DNA of 64,000 bases from Octopus sinensis (GCF_006345805.1 NC_042999.1:127038001-127102000); one strand, 5' to 3'; numbered from the stretch's first letter, positions 1-12,709 are shown. Notes: generated by a model not told the origin, from the sequence alone. Numbers and translations are program-made.

Positions 1-639
1 TTAAAATGATATCACTGATTATCAAACTTTAGTTCACATGCATACACAATTACAAGCTAAAATTCAAACACGCATACTCATTCATACTCATACATAATCA
101 TACAAACATTGTAATATAAATTCTCTCTTTCTCTTATATATTTAGATAGGCAGGATATGTAAATGGTTTAGGGAATGGAATATGTATTCAGCTATTATCA
201 GTATTGTTACAGTCAATGACGTCTGTAAAGGAAACTCTTTAATATATAATGTATAATAACATTGAGCTATTCTTGTTTATCATAATTTTTATTTTAATAT
301 ATTTCCTTTTCTTTACTATAATAAAAGAGGGTATGTATGTTTTTTGTGAGTCTTTATGTCTGTGTGTTCATATATCTATGCATACATGCGTGTTCTTACA
401 AATATTCAGCTTCTATGTTTGTCTGTCTGTCTGTATGTCTGTTTCGGTCTGTCTATATCTCTCTCTCTCTCACTGATTTAAGACTGTTTGGAGTGAAATT
501 ACATTAGATATCTTAAACATACCCTGATGAATAGGCAGAAACCATATGGAGTGTTCTGCTTACTATAGAGACTGTTCTATTTATTACTTGGGAAGACAGA
601 AAATTCAGCTTTCTGTTATATTTTAGTGAAGCATAAATC

Positions 640-1600
640 CACACAGACTGTGGTTAGTTTGGTAATGTCCTTACTAGCCTTGGTCTGGTCAGTTGATTTC
701 ATTTGGTGCAGATGGGAACATCTTAATAAGCTTTCTGTCCACAGTGAGAGGTAATTTAAAGGGTGAGAGCACAAAATATTTTATTTGAAATTCTGAAAAG
801 AGTACTTGTTGAATCCAGATGTTTTACAATAAGACATTGTAAAACTGTAACAGGAAATTATATATCTGAGAATGAGAGCAGAAAAACTTAATTTCCAGTA
901 GACCAAATTTTAGTCATGAGATCAGTCTTTGGATTGTTGTTGTTTTGAGCAGTGTCTGTGTCATGATATAAGTAGCAGTTGTGTATTTGTGCTGTTATGT
1001 CTCCTCCATTGAAGGATGATTTTGAAGTCTTTTCATGGCTTCAGTGCTTGTTTGATATGAGCTGTCTAGGTTATGTATGAATGACATTTGTATGTGCATC
1101 TAAAAATAGCTACAGAGGATGAAGTATGGTATTGTGAGCGAAGGAGCAAATGCTCTCAGAAGTGACAGACATTCATTTGGATGTACAGAATGAAGGTTAT
1201 GAAAGGCATTAAGGGAACTTGGGTTAATTTAGAATTCATAGAACATGGGAAATGATGAAGGCAGTGCTTGTTTACAACTATTTCCATCACCTTTTAGAAC
1301 TGGTGTAGCTAGAGGTGGGGGTGTGTGCAAAGGGGGGGGGGCAGTCCACCCCAGGCTGCACTTTTGGGTCTGCTGTGGGCAAAATGAATTTTTTGTGGGT
1401 GCCCAGGGGTGGCAAACTGAAAGACTGCCCTGGGTGGTGCACAGTCTAGTTATGCAAGTGCCTTTTAGATATTAAAAGTGAGAGCAATGAGACAGTAGAA
1501 GGCAGGATCAAAGAGATTGCTTTTCTTTAGAATGAGAAAGACTGCATAGCGTTTCTGTAGAGAATTGAAGAATTTGATAGCACCTAAGTTTCCTATTTGA
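640..1600 (-). pseudogene. Highly decayed CR1/L2/Jockey-like LINE ORF2 fragment (RT N-terminal region), split by a hAT MITE
   Basis: The minus strand near 1550-1470 reads YAVFLILKKSNLFDPAFYCLIALT and resumes after the MITE as KVMEIVVNKH. This resembles the AxVxPIxKKG..DPxNYRPIxLT..KxME motif. Boundaries are approximate. Confidence 0.5.
1298..1460. mobile_element. hAT-type MITE (163 bp) with 8-bp TSD
   Basis: Imperfect 15-bp TIRs AACTGGTGTAGCTAG / CTAGTTATGCAAGTG. Identical TSD CCTTTTAG at 1290-1297 and 1461-1468. Confidence 0.8.
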
Positions 1601-2053
1601 GAAAAACAAATACCTTTAGAACTGGCTGAAATGTTGAAATGGCGTGATTAGAAAAGTTGTTGTGGCTTAACTTCAGATGAGTTTCGTTGATGTTTGTTCC
1701 CTCATAAGACACCCATCAGTTGATGGGAAGGTATGACCCTTTTGGTAGTTTTTTTTTGGTTTCTCTGTTCTTTGCTTATTTGTGACTAGTCACAAAAAGT
1801 GCCCCGCAATTGAATGGAAGAATTTAATTAGCGTAAAATGATAAATGTCCTTAAAGTCGGTAGATCTTACTTGCAGAAACAAAAATGCAATGCCTGAGGA
1901 AGCATCTATGTTGAAAGGAATTTGAAAAAAATTTCAAATTCATAAATAATATTAAGAGCAATCTTAAGTAATAGCTAATGACTATGGAAAATTGTTACTT
2001 AATGAATGTATGGAGTGCAGAAATATATGAATTACTATCCCAAGTTATTATAG

Positions 2054-2056
<3 letters not shown>

Positions 2057-2117
<61 letters not shown>
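2057..2117. repeat. (TTA)n microsatellite
   Basis: Directly visible trinucleotide run. Confidence 0.95.
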
Positions 2118-2126
<9 letters not shown>

Positions 2127-2514
2127 ACCAAGCAGGTTTGGGTCTGTTTGGAATTATAAGTAGAACGTACTTAACTATACTGCTGCACAATGGAACAAAG
2201 TTCAAAAACCTGTGGTTGTGAAGTGAATTTTTTTAACTACACAGTCATGTCTGTTCTTTTCTTAATGTATTTGATAATTAACAACATTTTTTTCTTGTTG
2301 TGATCTGGTTAGTTTATAAATGAAAAATACAAAAAAATATGTAATTTTTTTTATTTTCAATGTTTTGAATGTCATGCTCTCTTTCTGAATATGTGAATGA
2401 ATGTTTAAAGTTTTCATATAAAATAGCATAAATATTTTGGGTTATACTGTAGTAAAGAATTCTGAATAATATTTGTTTCTATGTGTTATGGATGAAATTG
2501 AAACGAAAAAATAC

Positions 2515-2838
2515 AGACCGAGACTTCTGGCAATTTGCTGTGTTTGGGAAGACACATCATGCTAAGTGAAATCATGGTCATGGCCAGTGCTGGTGATATG
2601 TAAAAGACACTCAGTACACTCTGTTGAGTGGTTGGCATTAGGAAGGGCACCCAACCATAGAAACCAAGCCAAAACAGTCTGGAGCCTGGTGCCGCTCTCT
2701 GGTTTACCAGTTCCAGTCAAATTGTCTAACATATGCCAACATGGAAAATGGACATTAAATGATGATGATGACGACGACGACGACGACGACGACGATGATG
2801 ATGATGATGATGATAATGACGATGACGACGACGATGAT
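2515..2838 (+). mobile_element. RTE-LINE 3' end / RTE-tailed non-autonomous repeat with (GAT/GAC)n tail
   Basis: Contains GGTTGGCATTAGGAAGGGCA...CATGGAAAATGGACATTAAATGATGATGAT, the same tail as the RTE fragment at 24680-25587. Confidence 0.75.
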
Positions 2839-3169
2839 GGTGGTGAATACGTTTGTATGGTAATTAACTGAATATACAGTGGATGAAATAATTGTAAAAA
2901 ATTGTTTTCCATTTTTTTCTGTTGAGAAGGTTTTTGTAAGAGGAAAAATATGATGATGTTGATGTGCATATGTACGATAGGTAAAAAGATCCTAGTAAAG
3001 AATTCAGTATTTGGTCAAGACATAAATTAAGAAATTCAAAATGGAATAAGGCTAATGTGCTAAAGTTATTATTATAAAAAAAGAAAAGAAAAATTAACTA
3101 AAACTGACTACATTAAATTAGATATAAAAACTGAAATTAGAAAATTAAACTAGAACAACCCATATAAAT

Positions 3170-3435
3170 CCATCACAAGGTTTCTTGTGGTGTGAGGGCT
3201 TGCATGCCTTGATGACTCTCAGAGTTATAACTAGCAAAGTGCAGATTCTTAGTAGGGTGTCCCCAAATGAGAGAAGCCAGAAAAATATGGACCATCACAG
3301 GTTTGCATTGGGTAAACATCTTTACCTAGAAAAGAGTAAAGTTAAGAAACATTGATGACAATTCAAAACCAACAAGACCTGGAACACTGGAGAGAGGTCA
3401 TTGATGGTCTATTTTCCATAGGAACCAAAGGGGTA
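3170..3435 (+). mobile_element. Bipartite RTE-derived non-autonomous element (RTE-like 5' leader joined to RTE-like 3' end)
   Basis: The 5' part (CTTGTGGTGTGAGGGCTTGCATGCCTTGATGACTCTCAGAGTTAT...TAGTAGGGTGTCCC) resembles RTE 5' UTRs as I recall them. The 3' part (TGGAGAGAGGTCATTGATGGTCTATTTTCCATAGG) resembles RTE 3' ends. Confidence 0.45.
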
Positions 3436-3559
3436 CCTATGGCTTCCTATTTGGTTCCCTTACAAATACTTTGTAGTAGATGAAAATTATGAAAATACAA
3501 CGCACTGATATGAAGGAGAAAATTAAGAAAAGGGCATTACAAAAGATTTAGTCTAATAT

Positions 3560-3750
3560 TAGTTTCAAATTTTGACACAGGGCCAGCAATTTTGGGGGAG
3601 GGGATAAGTTGATTACATTGACCCCAATGTCCAACTGGTACTATTTTTTCAACCCTAAAAGGATAGAAGGCAAAGTTGGCCTCAGCACAATTTCAACTCA
3701 GAATGTGAAGACAGATGATCTGCCTCTGAGCATATTGCCTGGTGTGCTGA
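3560..3750 (-). mobile_element. tRNA-derived SINE, family B
   Basis: Reverse complement of the family-B body (TTCTGAGTTGAAATT...GCCTTCTATCCTTTT...AGTACCAGT), as in the copy at 49339. Confidence 0.7.
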
Positions 3751-4495
3751 TGATCATTAATGTCTCCTCCCTTGACTTTAATGAGATCTTGCTTAGCCTG
3801 TTGGCCTACTGTAGGTTGCTATATCCTCTCTCAAAGACAGAGTGAACTCAAGCCTCTGCTAGTCAATGAATTGCATAGAACTAACTACCTAACAGTGAGG
3901 GATGAGTTAACTGTTTTCTCCATGGACATAGCATGCATTTGGGAATCCACGTTTCAAGAAAGAATTTTTAAAAACAGTATCTTGCAAGTTACTGGTATAT
4001 CAGAAATATTTAAAACAATTTATTCAGTATCACTGCATTTATGCATGAATGCACAGCCCTCACTTGCATACAAATACGACTTGGTTGTAAACACCATTCT
4101 TTCACAAATTTCTTTAAGTGTCTAGATAGTCTCATATAGATAGAGATACCTTCATGGCCATCCCACTCTTGACCCAGGAGAGCATCAAGAATGTGACAAA
4201 TGGAGGAAGAAAAAACTGCACCAGTTTCTGGCTGATACTGATTTAATATCTGAGAAGACAGGAGCAATTATGAAATGAAGTGCAAAAACTGAAGGACATG
4301 GCACACTGGTCAGCCCAGGAATTGAATGCATGATTTTATGATTGTAAAGTCAAAATTTCCTACTAATAGGCCACACATTTTTACATGAGATTTATACTTG
4401 TAAAAGTAAAAAAAAAAAACAGTTGTAAAAAACAAAGAGGGGATAAATAGAAAAATAAAAAATATTGAAAATAAAGTAAGAAGTGTAAGAAAAAG

Positions 4496-4496
4496 A

Positions 4497-4561
<65 letters not shown>
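4496..4561. repeat. (GA)n microsatellite
   Basis: Directly visible. Confidence 0.95.
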
Positions 4562-4562
<1 letters not shown>

Positions 4563-5090
4563 AAGATGGAAGGTAATTTTTTTGAAAGAATTATTTACAA
4601 TAAAACATCTTCACACTCTAAGAACAGATACCCTATAAGTAGACACAACAAACTTTCTCTTTGTTGTTTGTCAAACTACTAATACTCTATTAAGTAAAAG
4701 AGCAAGGAAAAACACACACTCCATGGAATTTCTTCCATACTGTAATTATTTTCCATTTTTAAGAAATATCTTGCTTCATAAAATGTGTAATTAATACACT
4801 TCAGGTTATGTCATGTTGAAGATTATTAGAAAGAGTGAAATAGTGCTATACATTACCACTGACACGGAATTTTAGGAATGTCATAATAAGTAAACAACAA
4901 AAACAAAAACAAAAGAAAATTAAATGAGTATATTCTGCATATCTGTTTCCTTATTCCAAAATTCCAAATTCAAATTTCTAATTCAATCAATATTTTGAGG
5001 AAATGATTATTTCCCTTGTAATAACTGTCCACTAGGGGACACCACTAATTGAATAGTTATGTATTAATCTAAGACTTATGACCACAGTTA

Positions 5091-5664
5091 TGAGGGTGAG
5101 CTGAAAAGTTCATAGACTAACTATGAAAGAATGATGCTAGAGCAGTAAAATCATGCATGCATAATTTCAACTGTTCTTATTAATAATAGCATTGTTTCTT
5201 CCATTGTAGTGATGATGATGTCATATCTGCTGTTGATGACACTTTAGAGCCATAAGATAAAATCTTCTTCACCAATGGAATTCAAGCACTGCAATACTGA
5301 TGGAGTGGAGGTGTGTGGCTAAGTGGTTAGGGTGTCAGCATCATGATCGTAAGATTGTGGTTTCGATTCCTGGACCGAGTGATATGTTGTGTTCTTGAGC
5401 AAAACACTTCATTTCACATTGCTCCAGTCTACTCAGCTGGCAAAAATGAGTAATCCTGTGATGGACTGGCGTTCCGTCCAGCTGGGGAATACATACACTA
5501 CGGAAACCAGGAAACCAGGCCCATGAGCCTGGGCAGGCTTTAAAAAGGGCACATTTAAGAAGTGTGTGGGCCACAAGGGCAAACTATGTTGAAAAATAAA
5601 CCTCATTTGGTCACATTTCATGAAGGTATCTTAATCAGCCTATGAACTTTTCAGCCAACTCTCA
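5091..5664 (+). mobile_element. Internally deleted mariner-like element with TA TSD, interrupted by a SINE
   Basis: TIRs TA|TGAGGGTGAGCTGAAAAGTTCATAG and CTATGAACTTTTCAGCCAACTCTCA|TA. The transposase C-terminus reads FFTNGIQALQY*W, then the SINE, then KKCVGHKG..YVEK. Confidence 0.8.
5304..5556 (+). mobile_element. tRNA-derived SINE, family C, nested in the mariner
   Basis: A box TGGCTAAGTGG, B box GGTTTCGATTCC, body TTGAGCAAAACACTTCATTTCACATTGCTCCAGT. It splits the transposase W|KKC. Confidence 0.85.
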
Positions 5665-6033
5665 TACAATATACTAGTTGAGATCACGACTGAAAAAAAA
5701 CATTCAAACATTTCTGTATGTCATATGAGAGTTAGTATCTCCCAACAATAACTATTGTATGTCTTCAGTATCAGCTATATTTAATGTAAGAATCTCATTT
5801 GGGTTTTATGGTTTTACCATCCTCAAAGATTTCATACAAAAAGATTTCTCTACCTCTCAATCACCAGTCAAGAAACAGAAACACTCTTACACCTGCCACC
5901 TCCTCCCTTCTTAACCCCCACTAAACACTCATAAAACAGCTTTTCCACTTGGTTTCTAATCCTTCACTCATAGTTTTTTATTTTCTTCTCACTGACAATT
6001 CCTCTTTTTCATTCCCTCTGTGTTTCTCTCTTA

Positions 6034-6067
6034 CTTTTGATGAAGGTCTAGTGTCCAAAACATTAAG
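6034..6067 (+). ncRNA. Decayed minimal type I hammerhead motif in a PLE-like terminal repeat
   Basis: CTT-TTGATGA-A-GGTC TAGT GTCC-AAAACATT-AAG. The stem I (CTT/AAG), core, stem II and GAAACGT-like positions line up, with several substitutions. Confidence 0.45.
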
Positions 6068-6203
6068 ACAGTTACTCTTTTCCTTAAAGCATTAAGCTTG
6101 TACCTTATTTGTCAAACTTTGTTCATCCTGTGGTGTCCTTTTTTTTGTTCACTGTATTTATACTGTGTGTGTTTGTGTATATATGTATGCATGTAGGTAT
6201 GTA

Positions 6204-6332
<129 letters not shown>

Positions 6333-7188
6333 TGCACACACACACACAAACATACATCAATCATACTTGACAAAAATATAAAGTCCAGTATATGCAACTG
6401 AGATAGTACTAAATTAAAATAGCCATCTATGTATCATGCTCAATGTGTACGCAATATTGATTGGCCAGTTACTGCAGTACTTGTCCTGAGATAACATTGC
6501 TTATATGCTAAAAACACAATAAATTAAACATCAGAGTGAGATGAAAATTCACACCAGCAATGAAATCACCAAGTGCATTTTGGGATTTTTCAATGGTGTG
6601 TACCTGCAGCCAGCAACATGCTTGGATGAGAACTCATCATCTCTGATATTAGACAAAGTGAATAACACATCATGTAGAAGGCACTTGCTCAAGATGCCAT
6701 GTCGTGGAACTGAGCCCAAGTCCACATGGTTGGCAAGCAAGCTTCTCAACCACAAAGATAACAAAACATGCATAATATTGTTGAAGTTATTATTCTAAAT
6801 AGTGCTTCCTAGTTTAAACTGAAAAACTAATACTAAGATCAAACTGAAGTACTAAATCTAAGTTTACATCATTACAAAATTTTATTACCACTGGTTGTTA
6901 TTTTTGTTAATTAAATTAACTCAAAAAACAGTTGTATTGAAAGCATACTTACTATGGTAAATCTGTGGATTAATATTTCTTTGAGAATTTGCAAAGTTGA
7001 TTGAGATTGTAATTAAATTAACACAAATATACTCGGTTAATTACACTTCAAATCAAACTAAATCAAAAGAGCAGGTGCAGTGTAGGTATACTTACCCTTT
7101 ATGGGTCACTCCACACTTCAGACGAAAGGGAAGAGAAGTTGAGAAAAGGGAATATAAATAACTATTCTTAAAAGTCTTGCACAGATTT

Positions 7189-7196
7189 CATCATCC

Positions 7197-7246
<50 letters not shown>

Positions 7247-7322
7247 GTTGTTGTCATTCTTGCCAACATTGCTATCCTTGTCATTGCTGTCATCATCACC
7301 ATCATCACCATCATTGTTGTCA

Positions 7323-7353
<31 letters not shown>

Positions 7354-7530
7354 CTAAAGTCCATTTTCCATGCTGGTATGGGTTGAATGGTTTGACAACA
7401 TCCAGTGAGCTGCTTCATGCTCCAGCGTCAGCCTTGGCATTATTTCTATAGCTGGATGCCTTTCCTAATGCCAACCACTTTACAGTGTAGTCTCAGTGCT
7501 TTTTTCATTTTTTTGTGTCACAGGCACTTG
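7189..7530 (-). mobile_element. RTE-tail repeat with expanded (CAT)n tail
   Basis: GTCCATTTTCCATGCTGGTATGGGTTG...GCTGGATGCCTTTCCTAATGCCAACC is the reverse complement of the RTE tail. (CAT)n runs 7189-7351. Confidence 0.75.
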
Positions 7531-7684
7531 TGAAGTCACCATACAGAACTGGCAGAAATTGGCTTTTGAGGGTGCACCATAAAGGCCTCAACTTTGAAAT
7601 CTAGGCTGCTTTTGTTGTAACTTGACAAATAAAGCAAATAATTTGGCAAAATATTGCAAAACTTTTGACTCAACAAAATATTAT

Positions 7685-8148
7685 CTTCAGCATCCGTGCT
7701 AGCGAGTTGCAAAGAGCACCATTCGAGTGTGATTGTTACCAGCATCGCCTTACTGGCACTTGTGCCCCATGCCAGTAGGGTGCTAAGAGCACCATCCGAG
7801 CGTGATCATTGCCAGAGCTGCTAACTGGCTTCCGTGCTGGTGGCATGTAAAAGGCACCATTTGAGCGTGATTATTACCAGCATCACCTTACTGTGCTGGT
7901 GGCATGTGTAAAAAGATTCGAGTGAGGTCATTGCCAGTACTGCCTGACAGGCCCCCGTGCTGGTGGCACGTAAAAGCACCGACTACACTCTTGGAGTGGT
8001 TGGCGTTAGGAAGGGATCCAGCTGTAGAAACTCTGCCAGATCGAGATTGGAGCCTGGTGCAGCCATCTGGTTCGCCAGCCCTCAGTTGATCGTCCAACCC
8101 ATGCTAGCATGGAAAGCGGACATTAAACGATGATGATGATGATGATGA
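7685..8148 (+). mobile_element. RTE-LINE 3' UTR copy with internal ~60-70 bp tandem units and (GAT)n tail
   Basis: The unit GCACCATTCGAGTGTGATTGTTACCAGCATCGCCTTACTG recurs several times. It ends CCAACCCATGCTAGCATGGAAAGCGGACATTAAACGATGATGAT. Confidence 0.8.
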
Positions 8149-8677
8149 TTTGATCTACTCAATATTTCATTGTTCTACTGATATTAGATTGCTAGTTATC
8201 AAGTTGCACCCAGTAACCTTAGTTTTCTAGCAATTTTTTTTTCCATAGTTCTTGTTGTGCTGAGTAAACAAGCTTTTTATTGAGTCAAGAAATTTATCTC
8301 AATAGCCAACATCTTCAACCAACCATTCAAACTTCTTGTAACTGTTCTAAGACTCGTATAACAATATGGATGACGATAACTTTATGGCAGTTCCAGATTC
8401 TTTGAAACTCATATTTTAGGTCCCGGTATTTTTATTTTCTTGTGTTCTTTATCTACCACTCTTATATGATGAATGGATAAGCAGCCTCAATTAAGCAATG
8501 CACTGTTTCCTCAATGTCAAATACAATTTCTTTTTTATTTGTCTATCTATTTGAAGTTTCACATTCCATGATACCTTCACCTGGTTATTTTCAAGGATGT
8601 ATTCTGTTGTGGCCAAATCCATATTTTTTAAAGATTTGCATGTGTATATTTGTAGCAACCATGTCATATCTCCATTT

Positions 8678-9189
8678 CTGTGATCCCCAATGTGGAGCAT
8701 ATTCCCCACAAGTGGAGCCTAGGAAAATTGGGGTGGGGCAAGGGGACCAAAATTGTTTTTCTCGTTTTCTTAGTGGGACATGGAATTGTGAAAATCTTTT
8801 TGTCACAGCAAACATACTACACCTATACACCTATACTCAGCCTTGACAAACCAATCCTTCCTGCAAATCATACTGTGTGAAGACTGTTACAGTATAGTGC
8901 TATTCTAATACTATGGCTGAAGCTAACAAAATTGACTTCTCAAATCAAGGAAATCTGCCATAGTGGCCAGGCTCAAGGTTCTCATTAAAGAGATTCACTT
9001 TTTTTCTTAGTCAATAATGTCCTTTTTTTTTGTACTCAGTACTTAAAAGCGTTATTAGTAAATTCTTTGTATTAAATAATTGTGATAAAATATTAAAAAT
9101 AAAGTTGTTTTTTTCCAACCACCAGTGGGGTATATATTTTTTGGGAAAGTTATAGAGGGACCTGAGTGAAAATAGGTTGGGAAGTACTG
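8678..9189. mobile_element. Possible old hAT (Charlie-like) non-autonomous element
   Basis: Right end AGGTTGGGAAGTACTG and left end CTGTGATCCCCAA resemble CAGTGNTTCCCAA TIRs. No TSD recovered. Confidence 0.35.
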
Positions 9190-10547
9190 TTATAGATCCT
9201 CTATGCAAATATGCACAACCTCTATGCACCGTCATCCCTTCTTTTTCACCATACTATGTTCTTGCTGCATCTTGTTTTGATTGTTTGATCTTGCACAGCA
9301 TAATACTTCACAATTTAGTTAGCATTTTTCTGGGTGTATAAATGTTTTCTAACCAGAAACCATTTGGTTGAATGCTTTCCAATTAGGTACTTTGAAACTT
9401 GTCTTGAAATGATGACAGAGTTTTTCAGTAAGCAGTATAATCATTGGTTAGTGTACCTTCTGTCCAACTCACAACTCCAGTCTTATAACATAACCCATCA
9501 TTCCTACAACTGGCTTCTTAATAACACAACTCTCTGCCTGTGATATCCTAACTTCTCTATCACCACCAACAACTTTTACATATCTCTATTGACTGAATTG
9601 ATTTTCAGAATTGACTTCAACGTCTTGTCAACTGGAATGGAAGTATCTCCTAATAAGTAGGTTCAGTTCTCATCCACCTCTCATTTCAAGCTATATAGTG
9701 AAAGAACATGAAAGCATGATTGTAGCCTTCACAATCTGTATTTCAGGTTACCATCTCAAGGACAATAACTATTATTAAGAACTGATACAAAGAAGAGTGA
9801 ACGTTTTGATCTTCTCACATGGTACAACTTCCCTTGTGTCATGACCACACTCTCTGCTGTAATTTCTCTTGTATCTCTCTTGTGTGATAAGATATCCACA
9901 TTAACATAGCTGGCTGATTTTTTTTCTATGTTACATATGCCAGAAAGCAAATAACTATGGCATGTGATGTTGCAAGATAAAGGAAAGATGAAGGACCATA
10001 CAAAATAGTATGGCATGAATGTTGAAAGAATGTGAAGAATGGTGCTGGATAGTCATCTAGAAATATTAATGACTTGTAGACATAAGGTATTTCATTATGC
10101 AACCATAGTATGCTACAAAATATATTAAACGTTTTTATAAGTCAATACTATATACTACTGTGTTAGCAGTGCACTTAAATTATGTGTTAATGCTATCTTT
10201 ACAGATTTTCTATATAAATTATAGCCAGCACTGATTCTTTTACTACGTTTCATATCCGAGATGTCAGATGTAAACAAGGAAGGTGATACCTCCAAATAAA
10301 AACTGATATGCAGTAGAAGGAACATTTTAACCCTTCCATACACAAAACTGTTCCTAATGCTAGTGGCTTCAGAACATTCCCCTGGACATTTTGTAAAGTG
10401 AAGGTGATAGGACAGGTATCCATTTGTAGAAATCATGCTGTAAAATGAAATTTTTGAGCAAAATGTAGATTCCACAAGATACTTACATGACACACATGCA
10501 CGCACACACACACACACACCACACACACACACACACACCTATGTATA

Positions 10548-10712
10548 TATATATATGATGGGCTTTTTTCAGTTTGTGTCTACCAAATCCACTCACAAGG
10601 CTTTGGTTGGCCTGAGGCTATAGTAGAAGACACTTGCCCAAAGTGCCACACAGTGGGACTGAACTCAGAACCATGTGATTGGGAAGTAAGCTTCTTACCA
10701 CACAGCCACATA
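10548..10712 (-). mobile_element. tRNA-derived SINE, family A (5' half)
   Basis: The reverse complement reads GTGGCTGTGTGGTAAGAAGCTT...TGAGTTCAGTCCCACTG...GGGCAAGTGTCTTC...AAAGCCTTGTGAGTGGATTTGGTAG. Confidence 0.85.
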
Positions 10713-11257
10713 TATATAAGTAATAATTTTAAGTTTGGCAAGTCACCTAATGAGACACATCTGCACCAGTGTTGCACCACAACTGTTTGAATGAGACACC
10801 GGTGCACGATGGGTCAAAACGATTGTGGCAATTAATAAAGAATCTTGTGAATTCCATTTTCTTTCTCTCTCTCTCATATTACACACACGCACGTGTGCGC
10901 ACACACACACACAAACAGACAGACACACACACACAAACACACAGACACATACACACACACACATGTATATCTATAGGCCATCATTTAGTTTTGATTGTCC
11001 TGGGTATAAGTTTAAACATACAAATCTTCATTGATTCACAATAGAGATTTGAGGTCCTTACTTCTCTATATATGATTGCACCTCCACTCATTCATTGCAC
11101 TCCTCTTTACCCATTACATCCCTCATTCCCCACTATCCAAAAGACTCTTTTCCTATGATGGGTGCAATGATATCATGCTGTGCAACAAGAATGTTGCAAG
11201 AAGTTTGAATTACATTTTTTATATGTATCATATCTATTCATCCAACCATACATGCAA

Positions 11258-11312
<55 letters not shown>

Positions 11313-11315
<3 letters not shown>

Positions 11316-11450
11316 AGTTGCAGCATGGAAGGTGTTTATAAGCCATTTAAAAACACACAAAAACCGTTAGATTCACTTCAACATTTAAATTTAATTTGTC
11401 AAGGTATTTTTGTCGCTTTGAAATCGCAACCTGTTCAATGACAAAATTCC
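11313..11450 (-). mobile_element. Older single-arm copy of the PLE-like pseudo-LTR at 14432, with decayed hammerhead
   Basis: Aligns along its length to 14430-14565 and is preceded by (TA)n. The minus-strand motif is TTTGTCA-TTGAACA-G-GTTGC GATTTCAAA GCGAC-AAAAATACCT-TGACAAA (11445-11395). Confidence 0.75.
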
Positions 11451-11455
11451 ATATA

Positions 11456-11979
11456 CGAGGGTGAGTCAAAAAGTAATGCCATTTTGTTTAGGACAGATAT
11501 AATTACCAACACAGGAACATATATCATACATCAAAATGAAGCTGGTCCCCTGTGGATCACATCCCTACTCCTCAACATAGTCATGGTTTCTCTCAATAGC
11601 AATGTTCCACCTTCGATTGAGAACATGTATCCCTGCCCCATAAAATTCTGTTCATTGTTCTATGAGCCACTTCTTCACTACAGTTTTCCCTTCCTCATCA
11701 CTGGAATAATATTTGCCTCTCAAACCCTCTTTCATGGGGCCAAAGATGATAGTTTGAAGGTGCTAAATTATTCCAGTGATGAGGAAGTGAAAACTGTAGT
11801 GAAGAAATGGCTCAAATAACAGTCAACAGAATTTTACGGAGCAGGGATACATGCTCTCATTCGAAGGTGGAACATTGCTATTGAGAGAAATCGTGACTAT
11901 GTTGAGAAGTAGGGATGTGATCCACAGGGGACCAGCTTCATTTTGATGCATGATACATGTTCCCGTATTGGTAATTATA
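11456..11979 (+). mobile_element. Mariner-derived fold-back element (inverted duplication of the 3' end)
   Basis: Starts TA|CGAGGGTGAGTCAAAAAGTAATG. 11498-11659 is the reverse complement of 11818-11979. It encodes the mariner C-terminus YSSDEEVKTVVKKWLK*QSTEFYGAGIHALIRRWNIAIERNRDYVEK. Confidence 0.85.
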
Positions 11980-12670
11980 CTCTCCATATATTTATGTATA
12001 TATATATATATATAATATATATATATATAATATATATATTACAAATATATATGTTATGTATGTGTGTTATACATATATATAACATACTTATATACATACA
12101 CACGCACACACAAGCACACACATACTCACACATATACACACATACATATATATATATATACACACACACATACATACACGTGTTCACATGCACACACACA
12201 CACACACACACACTCACACATGTATAATGTTTTATTTGCTGAAACTAAATTCTATATCTTATTTTAAGCAAGGAAATTTATAGTACATTGTTCAAAGATA
12301 ATTAAAATAAAAATTTCTATATAGGATATTTAAATTTTTTTCCTTTTCAACTACCCCCTGTTGACTTCTTCAAATGTCATTACAGGTTTATTTAAACAGA
12401 TACCATGTATTTTGTTACCGAAACTGTTGTTTTGAAAAGATAGAATATTCTTGAGAGCTTTTGCTTGGTGTTTATTGTCCATTGTCATTGCCAAAGGAGC
12501 AGAAAGATTAAACAAATATCTCACAGCAACACAAGTTAAGCATTTATGCTATAGAAAGACTATGTCTTTATCTTCTTCATACAATAGTGTTCTTTATATA
12601 TATACATGCATATAAACATACATGCTCAAACATATTTATATATGCATACACATCTTATAATATATGTTTT

Positions 12671-12709
<39 letters not shown>

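Noticed and set aside
2562-2969. Poly-Asp / poly-Ser ORFs (101-135 aa)
   Set aside because: These are read-throughs of a retroelement tail and a (GAT/GAC)n microsatellite.
7090-7125. Minus-strand micro-exon with GTAAGT donor
   Set aside because: The acceptor is weak (GAAG), the length is 20 nt, and there is no supporting neighbouring exon.
7168-7451. Poly-His/Met/Ser ORFs
   Set aside because: These are translations of the (CAT)n tail of an RTE-tail repeat.
9756-10538. Non-repetitive minus-strand ORFs (86 and 127 aa; one has RRSKR)
   Set aside because: No recognisable domain or consistent splice structure, and the lengths are compatible with chance. They cannot be fully excluded without a homology search.
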